Both the position numbers and the translations under genes were made by a program. Under the pieces are notes generated by a model, which saw only the letters and a list, made by a program, of their open reading frames with translations, ran no database searches and had not been told where the DNA came from. From the IMG/VR virus record IMGVR_UViG_3300025401_000012: DNA of 64,000 bases; one strand, given 5' to 3'. The DNA is from a virus. Its lineage: Duplodnaviria; Caudoviricetes. Positions 18,501 to 30,500 of the stretch are shown in pieces (position 1 is the first letter of the stretch; every line of letters begins with the position of its first letter).

Positions 18501-21500
18501 TGCACCAAAAAAATATTTAGATACTACATTAGTAAATCCAGTGAATGTAATTCAAGGACACGATGGTAGTATTATTGCTGCTTACAATGATTATCGAGAC
18601 GATTTAATTTTAGAACTTGAAAAAAGAATTTTTAATAACATAAAAGTAAAATATAATACTAACATATTTGATATAGCAAAAATAATTCCTAGTTATAATA
18701 GATCTAACGACTATTCTTTAAATGAATTTAATAAAGTTATAGCTCCTAGTTTTTATTCTTGGATTGGATTTGTTGGAAAAGATCTAACAACTCCGTTAAA
18801 TTATGATAGAACTAATAGTTTTACATACAATTATTCTTTAAATGCTGCGCCTAATAATACACCGTTGCCAGGTTATTGGAGAGGAATATATCGTTATATT
18901 TTAGATACTGATCGACCTAACTTATGTCCTTGGGAAATGTTAGGATTTAGCCAACAGCCTAGTTGGTGGACAACGGTATATGGCCCAGCACCATATACTA
19001 GTGATAATTTAATAATGTGGCAAGATATTACCGACGGTATGATCCGTGAGCCAGGCATGCCTGCAATTTATGCAGAAGAATATGCTAAACCATTTTTAAT
19101 GCAACACATCCCTGTCGATGAATCAGGAAATTTAATTAGTCCATTGAATTCTGGATTGGCTTCTGGAACAGTACAGCCTAGTATCAATAATAACTTTGTG
19201 TTTGGCGACGGTAGTCCTGTAGAAACCGCATGGGTTAGAAGTAGTTATTATTCATTTAGTGTAATTGCTGCTAGTTTAATTCTTACACCTGGACAAACTT
19301 TTGGTATCTTATTAGATAGATCAAGAATAACTCGAAACATTGCAAATCAGTTAATTTATACTGAAACCGGATTGTGTATTAGACCTAAAGATATTATTTT
19401 ACCCAGCACATTCTCTAGTACCAATCGTGTGCAGACCGCAGGCTTAGTCAATTGGATTGTTGATTTAATTTTTAATTATATCTTTAGTAATAATGTTGCT
19501 GGGTATAATTCTTATCTAAATGATTTGTCCACGATGACACCTCAATTAGCATATAGGGTTGGATCATTTACAAATCAATCGCAATTTAATTTATTATTAG
19601 AGTCAAAGACACCTGCAAGTTCTGGAAATGTTTTTGTTCCAACCGACGATTATAAAGTTTTTTTAAACAAGTCAACAACTGTAAAAAAATTAGTATATAG
19701 TGGTGTAATTATTACAAAATTATCAACTGGATTTGAAATTAAAGGTTATAGCAAAACACAACCTTATTTTAATTACTATTTTCCACAAGGTACAGGCAGT
19801 AAAATTAATGTTGGGGGAATCTCAGAAAACTACTCAACTTGGACCTCAGGACAATTATACGTGGTTGGTAGTGTAATTCAATATAACGGGGTATTCTACA
19901 GAGCTACAACAACTTCTACATCTACCGATTCATTTGATGCAAATAATTTTGCAAAGTTAAGTGGACTTCCGATGACTGGAGGAGCCACAGCATACTTAAA
20001 AAATAAATGGGATAAGTCTAAAGTATTATCAGTTCCATACGGAACATTGTTTAATACAATACAAAGTGTAGTAGATTTCTTACAAGGATACGGAGAGTAT
20101 TTAAAAGATCAAGGATTTACATTTGACAATTATAATACGTTGTATAGTTCTGTTAATAATTGGGATACTAGTGTAAACGAGTTTTTATTTTGGACTACGC
20201 AAAATTGGAGTACTGGACAAGAAAAATGGAGTGACTGGGTCGTAAATCAACCATATACATACGGTACTGTTGTAAGATATGATGGTGATTACTATAGTTC
20301 ACTTTACAATTTGCCAGCCGTTGATCATTTTGATAGTACTAAATGGCAATTGTTGCCGGGTTTAAGTAATGTTGGTGCTAGTGTTATTAGTTTAAGTCCA
20401 AGTGCAAATGGTATTAATTTTACTACCAACTTAACAGTTGTTGATGATATTACTAATAATTTTAATGCTTATGAAATTTTTAAAGTAGATGGCACTCCTA
20501 TTGATTTAAATCATCTACATAGCTATAGACAAGGCAACGAAATAACTTATATACCTACGACCCTGCAGGGAATTTATGGTGCAAGTTTTTATCTAGTTCA
20601 AAATGAACATATAATTGTAATCAATAATACTACAATTTTTAATGATATTATCTATAACCCTACTAGCGGTTATCGAAGAGAAAGATTAAAAGTAAGCGGA
20701 TATATTACTACAGGTTGGTACGGTGGCTTAGACATTCCAGGATTTATCTATGATGCTGCGGCAGTACAATCTTGGCAACCATGGCAAGATTATAATGTAG
20801 GTGACATTGTTAAATATGGCCCTTATTATCTACAAGCTGACCCTACAAGCGGAAATTTAATTGCAGGGTCTGCTGTACTCGATCATACCCAGTGGACACG
20901 ATTGTCTGCTAAACCAACTGACAAAATATTACCAAATTGGACTAATATTGCAACTCAATTTACAGATTTTTATAGCACAGAAGTAGATAGTTTTGATAAC
21001 GGCCAACAAAAAATGGCACAACACTTAATAGGGTATCAGAAACGTCAGTACCTTGAAAACATTATTCAAGATGATGTAAGTGAATTTAAATTCTATCAAG
21101 GTATGATCCGTGAGAAAGGAACACAAAACGTATTGAACAAGTTGTTTAATGTTTTAAGTTCGGATGCACAAGAAAGTTTAACATTTTACGAAGAGTGGGC
21201 AGTACGTGTTGGACGTTATGGTGCGACATCTGCATTTGACGAAATAGAAATTGTATTAAATCAGAATTCATTTAAAAATAATCCTCAAGGATTTGTATTA
21301 GTTAATAAACTAGACTCTACAATAAGTCCTTTTATTATTCAACAAACTCCTAACGACATTTATGTAGCACCATTAGGCTATGACAGTAATCCTTTCTTAC
21401 CGCTTGCGGCAACTAATCAATTTTTAAGAAGTTCTGGGTATGTTAATTCTAACGATGTAACTATAAGCATTTATTCTTTAGATGCATTGAAATCTCAACC

Positions 21501-24500
21501 AGCTATTAATTTAACCCCAGGAGTTGGTTACACAATTTTAACACTTGGAACGACTGATTTTACCCTTGCAGGCGCATTGAGCAATACGGTAGGCACTTCG
21601 TTTGTGGCAACGGCTACGGGCAATGGTACGGGCACTGTAAAAGTTGACATAACAACTTTCAAAGAAGGTTCGTATGTCTGGTGTTCTTTTGATAGCTTTA
21701 AAGGATGGGATGTTTATAGATTTACAAATTTACATGTAAGATTTAAATCAGCCTCAATATCAAACAACATATTGACAATTACTTCTTATGATCTTATAAC
21801 TTTTAAAGCTGGATCATATATTGGTATACTACAGTCTACATTATTAAATGGATTTTATCAAGTAGAAACTGTTAATTTAAATACATTCACAGTGTCTACA
21901 AGCCTGGCAAGCCTGCCGTCAGATTTTACTGAATTATTAATTTATGGACTTGTTAGTCAACGAGCTAGTTCTATTGATAATATCACAGGTATGCTGTCAT
22001 CTAATTTAAAAAATAAAGATCTTATTTGGACAGATGATGCTGGTACAGGAACTCCGGCAGCTTGGATTTATAATTCTGTCTTTACACAAAGCATAGTTAA
22101 TAACAATATTCAATCGACTAATTTACAATTTGGTAGATCGGTAGCTATTAACACACAAGGAAATATTGCAGCTGTTGGAATGACATCTGGTCAAATAAGT
22201 ACCTACGATAAAGTTGGATCTGCTGTATCTTGGATACAGCGACAATTGGTCCCAACACCATTTACTGCTCAAAGTTCAGCAAATCCTATTAGTTCTATAG
22301 CTACTACTATTGCTATTAGTCCCGACGGCACATATATGGCATCTGGATCTCCAGCAGCAACTTATGCATCGACTTTGTATGTTGGTGCGTATAACGTGGG
22401 CAATACTTATACAGTTAATCAAATAGTATCTTATATGAATAATTTCTATAAGGCTATCGTTGCTGTTCCTTCAGGAGCTATACCTAGTCTAACTTCAAGT
22501 TATTGGAACAGTATTTCTTATATTCCTATAAGTTTAGCAGGATCTAATATTGCTGTTTCTGGGTTAGTATCATTGTACAAGAAAGATTCTAATAACATAT
22601 ATCAGTTAATAGATACAATTATTAGTCCATCGGCTACATTGTCAGTGGCATCAACTGAAAATTTTGGTTCTTCTTTAGTATTTGATAGCAACAATAATCT
22701 TTATATTTCTGCTCCCGGGTATGACTCTGCAAAAGGTCGAGTATACTCGTTGAGTTATGCATCTAGCACACCAATAATTTCATATTATGATAGTGTGGGA
22801 AGTTCTGGAGCATTATTAAATTTAAATTCAACATTTGGTATTCAATCTGGAATGTCAGTATCGGGAATTGGCTTTGCAACAAATCAAACAGTAGCGGCTG
22901 TATTAACACAAATTACATTCAACTCTGTTGCTAATGTTCCAAATTATATTTTAAATTCTTTAGGTGTTGCAGTAAGTCTTTCAAATATTACAGCTGGATT
23001 GAATGTTTCTGGTTCTCAGGTATTGCCAGGAGTAACAGTATATTCAACAGGAACAAACCCGATAATTATTAATGTATTATCGGTAACACCAAGTAGTCCT
23101 AGCATTGGATTTGTTACTATAAACTTTACCCAACAATCCGCTGCTCCTTTCTTAGTTGGAGATCAGATATCGATATCTGGAGTTTCAATATCTGGGTACA
23201 ATGGATCTTATACAGTAACTGATGTTGGCAAAAATTATGTAACATACGCAAATATTACAACAGGAGTAGCCACAGCAAATACTGGTTCTGTACAATCAAC
23301 TGTAAATTATGTATTAGTTGCAGGGCCTGAAGATTCTATTTCGACAATTTCTTCAGTATCATTTATTATTAGTATAACTGGAGTATTCCCTTCAGTACCA
23401 GGTGCAGGGCTTGTTACAATAACATTTAATAAATTACCTGCGGTTCCTTTTAAAACTGGAAATCAAATTATAGTTTCAGGTGTATCAGTTGCAGGGTTTA
23501 ATGGTACATTTACCGTAGTTACATCTACAACAACATCTGTAACTTTTTATAATAATACAACAACAACATCTGCAACTGGCGGAACAATAGCAGATCCAAC
23601 ATTACAATTCAATGTTAGAACAATTTCAAGTCCGAGTATTGTATTGCTATCAGCGGCTCCTGATTCCACTCCTGCTGGCCCGATACAGTTTACAACTATT
23701 AGTTGGAGATATAGTTCTTTAATTACTTCTCCTGCATTATCTTCTAATAATGCGTTTGGTAATACAATAACAGTAAGCCGTGACGGATCTACATTTTTAG
23801 CATCTTCTAAAAATAATGTATATGTTTATAAAAACACAGGCTTGGGCTCACAATTACTATCTACTATACCAGTAACTAGTACATCTCTTACTGTTTCCGA
23901 TACTGGAACTTATTTTGCAATTGGAAGTTTTAAAACAATTACTGAAAAAACATCTCCTTCTGCAACAATTAATGTTATGTCAAATATTGGACAAGTGAAT
24001 CTTTATCAATATAATGACATTACTAATCAATATTCAGTAATACAAACAATAACAGATACCGCTTCTAGTTCTAACGGCTCTAATTTTGCAAATAAACTAG
24101 CATTTATGAATGATACTAGTACTTTGGTAATTTATAGTCAAACAGGTTCTCCAGTAACCCAAACAACAATAGATGCTGAATCTGGTTTTGAAACAACATT
24201 TGACGAAAGAGCTACAAGATTTATTTCACAAGACATCAGCGGCGGCAAAGTTGATATATACGACAACTATAATACTCAATGGGTATTGAGCGAATCACTA
24301 TTAAATTCTGAAAATGTGTGGGATGGTTACGGTATAGGATTTGCAGTTGGATCTAATAATGTTTTTGTAAGTTCTCCTTATTACGCTATCAATAATAATT
24401 TAACTGGACAAGTATATGTTTATACTAAACCACCTAAGTCATATAGTTGGACACCTTATAGAACACAAATTCCAGTAGTAGATATTAAAAAATTAAAGAA

Positions 24501-27500
24501 AGCATTTTTATATAATAAAACTACTAGTAAGTTATTGACTTATCTAGATGTTATTGATCCAATACAAGGAAAAATTGCCGGGCCAGCTGACGAAGAAATA
24601 AAATATAAATCATTTTATGATCCAGCGATATATTCTTATTCAACTAATGTTGATACCGTAAATGTTGATGATGGTGTGTGTTGGTCTACTAACCAAGTTG
24701 GTCAATTATGGTGGGATTTACGAACATCTAAATTTTATGACCCTTATTTTTCAGATGTAACTTACAGAAACAATTTATGGAATACACTTGCACCTGGCGC
24801 AAGTGTAGATATCTATGAATGGGTATCTAGTTCATTATTACCAGCAGCTTGGGATGCATTGGCTGATACAGTATCGGGAATTGCACAAGGTATCAGCGGA
24901 ACATCTCTTTACGGCAATAATGCATACAGCGTTAGAAAACGTTATGATACTAATACTAAAACATTTAAAAATACATATTATTACTGGGTTAAAAATAAAT
25001 CTATAACACCGGATATAATAGGAAGAAACATTTCAGCTCAAGCTGTTTCAAGTTTAATTTCTTCTCCAAGAAATCAAGCATATACATATCTAGCATTGAC
25101 AGGAACCAATTCTTTTAGTTTAGTAAACGCTGCACCGTATTTGTCAGATTCTAATGTAGTGTTAGTTATTGAATACTGGACTGTAGATAATATTGAACAA
25201 AATATTCACTCTCAATGGAAATTAATTAGTAACGATACTATTGTTGATATTCCTGCGGTAATAGAACAAAAATGGATTGATAGTTTATGCGGAACTGATG
25301 CATCAGGCAGATCTGTACCTGATACATCGTTAGCTCCTAAATTGCGTTATGGTATTGAAAATCGTCCACGTCAAAGTATGTTTGTTAACCGTGTAGAAGC
25401 ACTAAAAGAATTTGTAGAACAAGTTAATATTAGTTTGTTGGCAAATCAAATAGTTAACAACTATAATATTAGTTCTTTAGAATCTTACGATAAAGAACCT
25501 ACACTAATATCAGCACTATATGATATTGTGCTAGATACAGATACTGAATTACCATATGCTAATATAAATTTATTCCAAAGTCCTAGTGCAACACCTATAA
25601 TAACTAACGGAAAAGTAACAGGAATTAAAATATTATCAACAGGCAGAGGATATAGTGTAGCACCTTATATTGAAATTGTTGGCACTGGTAAAGGTGCTAT
25701 TGCAAAAGCAATTCTTAACTCTGCGGGAAGTATAGTCTCGGCACAAGTAATAAGTGCAGGAGAAGGTTATGACCCAAATACTACTACCTGCTCTATTAGA
25801 AACTATTCAGTATTAGTGCATAGTGATAGCCAAGCAAGTAATAGTTGGAGTATATATTCGTACGATCCTGTTAATATTATGTGGTCTAGGACATTAACAC
25901 AGTCTTACGATGTAAGAAATTATTGGAGTTACGCTGACTGGTATGCTAGCGGATACAATCAATTTAGTTCCCCTGATTTTTCAGTTCAAACATTTTTTGA
26001 TTTAAACTCAATAACTGTTTTAAAAGGCCAATTGGTAAAAATTCTTAAGGTAAATTCAGGTGGTTGGTTATTGATAGAAAAATATGCTGATAGTACTAGT
26101 ACAGATTGGACACAAAGTTATAATGTAGTTGGTATACAGAACGGAACTATACAATTGAGTAATAGTTTATATCGTACTGAATTTACTGCTGTAGGATACG
26201 ATGCTAGTACATTTGATAACGGATCTTTTGATGTTAAAGCTAGTACCGAATTAAGAATAATTCTTAACACATTAAAAAATAATATTTTTATTGGTCCTGA
26301 TCTTAAACAAACATATTTAGATTTATTTTTTAGTAGTATAAGATATGCGCATAGTGAACAGTTATATATTGATTGGATCTTTAAGACAAGTTTTGTTAGG
26401 GCAACACACAATGTTGGATCTTTAAGCCAACCAGTATACTATCCAGTAGATAATCTAAGTAATTTCCAAGATTATATTGCAGAAGTTAAGCCTTATAGAA
26501 CTAAAATAAGAGAGTATATTAGTCAGTATGTTAGCACAGATTTAGGCCCAACAGCAGTATCAGATTTTGATTTACCACCAGTTATACAAAATAATCGATC
26601 CACTACTATAAACACGGGTGTTACAAATGGATCTGTAACAGCAGACTTGCCAGCTATCCAATCTTATCCTTGGAAATTTTGGTTAGATAATGTTGGGTTT
26701 AGTATAACTGAATTAATAATTGTGTCTGGCGGTAATAATTATATTACGCAACCGACAGTGATTATCAGTGCGCCAACCGGCCCTAACCCTGTGCAGGCCA
26801 CAGCTGAAGCTTTTTTCACTAATGGCGTTATAAATCGTGTCATATTAACATCCCCAGGTAGTGGGTATTTGTCAGCTCCTACTATAGAAATTGTTGGTGG
26901 ATTGTCTACCACGGGTACAGCTGCATCAGTAGTTGCTATTATAGGTGAAAGTGTAGTACGATCGAGCTTAGTTGGAATTAAATTTGATAGAATTTCTCAA
27001 AAAAATTATATCGTTGATTTGTCTGTTACGGACACGTTTACTGGTTCAGGCTCTCGTTTACAATTTCCGTTGACATGGGCACCTGATATTCGAGTAGGCC
27101 AATCTACAATTTATATAAATGGAATTCCTGAATTAAGAGAAAATTATACATTAGCAATAGCTAAATCGACATTAAAAGGTTATACTCAGTATTCAGGAAC
27201 TATAACTTTTGTATCTGCTCCTCCTATCGGTGCAACTATAGTTGTTAATTATATAAAAGATATTTCAATGTTAAATGCTACAGATAGAATTGATTTTTAT
27301 TATAATCCTACTAGCGGTATGATAGGTAAAGAATTAAATCAATTAATGTCTGGTGTAGATTACGGAGGAAATATTGTTGGTAATTTAGGATTCGCACCTG
27401 GCGGTGGATGGGGTGTATTGCCTTATATGGTAGATACTTGGAGTTCTTACGATAGTACATATACAGATTACATCGTTCAAGTTGCAGCGAATACTCATAG

Positions 27501-30500
27501 TTTCACTTTACCATATACACCTGATGTTGGAACAAATATCAATGTTTATTATAAACAAGGATACTCTATAGCACATCCGTCAGACGGATTTACACTAAAA
27601 TGGAATTATGATTTATTTGTAAACAATCCAGTAGTTACTATCTCAACAGATGTAACAACAACTAGTTCTTCAACAGCAACAGCTACTTTATTGAATTATT
27701 CTACTACTGTAGAATCGACATTAACGGCAATCGGAGGAGTTGTTGGGTCGTCAACAATAATTTTTGAAAATATTTTAAATTTAGTAATTGGTCAATATGT
27801 TTCTGGTGCAGGAGTTCCTTCAAATACTACAGTAACACAAATTATAGACAATGCAGTGGTGCTATCTAATAATTTAACAGTTGATGCTACTGGAAATTAT
27901 TCTTTCTACGTATTAAGTACGGTATTAACAGTATCATCGATTACTGGAATTTCAGCGGGGATGGGCGTTATTGGTAATGGATTTTCAGTTCAGTCAGTAA
28001 CAGAAGTATTAAGTTCGACAGTAAACGGTGTAACAACTTACTATGTTTATATTAATCAACAACCCGATTTCATTCCTACACTAAACGAAACATTAACATT
28101 TGTCACTAATGTTGCTGGAACATTAACTTTAACATTATCTTCTACCGCTAATTTACAAGTTGGTGATATAATTACTAGTGCTATATCAGCTATAAGTTAC
28201 AATATAGTTGTTACAAGTATAGTAAATTCAACTCAAGTAAAATTAAGTAAAATTTTATATAAAACAATTCCTAACGGAACTACAGTTACATTTACTAGAA
28301 CGTTGCATTATACAGTTAGAATTGGCAATAACGGACAAATTACATTGTTTACTCCTATACCAGTTGGAAGTAATATTAATATTACTGGAAGTTACGATCC
28401 TGTGCGTATTGATGCAACTGATTTTGATTCAATATCTTTGACATCTCCTACAAATCCTAATGCTATTATAACAACTCCCATTATGGGAGTAACTCCTGCA
28501 CCAACAGTGACGACAACAGTAAGTGCAAGTGGTGATAGAATATATACAATTAATATTCCAAATACATTCGTTGTACAAACTAACGATACATTTATTTTAC
28601 GTCAAAGCACAAGCGATGGTTCAGAAACACCAACTGAATACGATACAAAATTAGACGGCGGAAATTTAGCTTATACCACAGCAACAGGTATTGCCGCAGA
28701 TGATATTGTGTTAGATGGTGACGGTTTTGTTACACCAACAACAAGCCCAGCATTAGAAGAAGTAGTTCCAGGACAAGTTGTTGATACATTAGCTTTAAAA
28801 GTATATGATAGACCTAATTCTGGCTCTGCTAATATTAAAGTAGACAATTATATTACAGATGGATTTACTAATTCTTTTAAATTAATAACAACACCAAGTA
28901 GTAACGGGGCAATCATTGTAAGAGTTGGATCTACTATTAAAACTATTAATGTGGATTATCAAATTGATTATAAAAACAATTTACTAACATTGGCAGCAAC
29001 TCCATTGACAAACCAAGTAGTAAGTATATTTGTTATAGGATTTTCAGGAACTAATTTATTAGATCTTGATTATTTTGTCGGTGACGGAATAACTACAGAA
29101 TTTGTTACTAAAGCACCTTGGTTAGATGCGTTTACTCCGTTAGTTTATGTCAACGGTACAGCGGTCGATCCAGTGTTTTTCAAAACAGATAATACATATT
29201 CATTAGATAATGCTATAGGTATTAAATTTCCAGCACCAGTTGCTGGCGGAGCATTAATTAACTATATCATAGTTAGTGGGTCTACACAAACATTCTCAGT
29301 AACTAATTCTGAAGTTGTAGCAACTAACGGCGGAACAACATATACACTGAATAACCCAATAGGATCATCATTGCCTAATGAAACTAACATGATTGTTAGA
29401 GTTAATCAGCAAATTTTAAAAGGTCCTGTTAATGTTTATTATACAATTAAAGATAATATTTTAGCATATATACTTGATCCTAATAGAGCACAACCTTATT
29501 CTGTTGCAGCAAACAATATAGTTGTATTAGTTGATGGAAAATTATTATCAGCTGGATCAGATTATAGTGTTGATTTGAGTGGATTAACTATAAACATTGG
29601 TAAGAATATCTATAATAAAAATATTGGAAAAACATTATTAATCAGTATCATAGCTAACGAAGGTTATTTGTATAATCCTAATACTCGACAAATAACATTT
29701 AGTCAACCATATACTAGTAATGACATTGTTGAAGTTACTAGTTCATACAGACATGACACGCTGGACATTCAACGTACTGCAATCACAGTTACATCTGCTA
29801 CAAATTTAGTGCAAGGATCTGTAGAATATTACTATTATAATTTAATCAGCGGCGGATTAATAACTTTAGATCGTTCAGTAATAAACGAAAATTATATTTG
29901 GGTTATTAAGAATACTACCTTATTAGTTCCAGGTATTGATTATATTTTATTAGACAATCATACTAGTATTCAATTAACAAATGTTCCTCAATTAAATGAT
30001 CAAATCACCTTAATGACATTTGGTAGTAATGTTCTAGGGCATGGAATTGCATATATGCAATTTAAAGACATGCTTAACAGAACTTCTTATACACGTTTAA
30101 GTTTAAATAAACAAACTAAACTAGCTACAGATTTACATTGGAATGATACAACCATAACTTTAAAAGATGGTAGCAATTTTCAATCACCAGGTAATACACC
30201 CGGTGTGATTGAAATTCGTGGAGAGCGTATTGAATATTTTGCAAAAACAGGAAATATTCTAAGTAGATTGCGCCGAGGTGTTTTAGGAACAGGTGTACAT
30301 ACTGTAAATTATGCAGGAACATTTGTTCAAGATATTAGTTCAGGTGAAACTATACCATATTCTGATACAATACAAACAACTACGGTAATATCTGACGGTA
30401 CTGATCTTGTAAATTTAAATTTCACTCCTACGATTGGAAATGCAGAAGATACTATTGGAGTTTTAAATTGGTTTAAAGACTATGGGTACGCATATCAAGG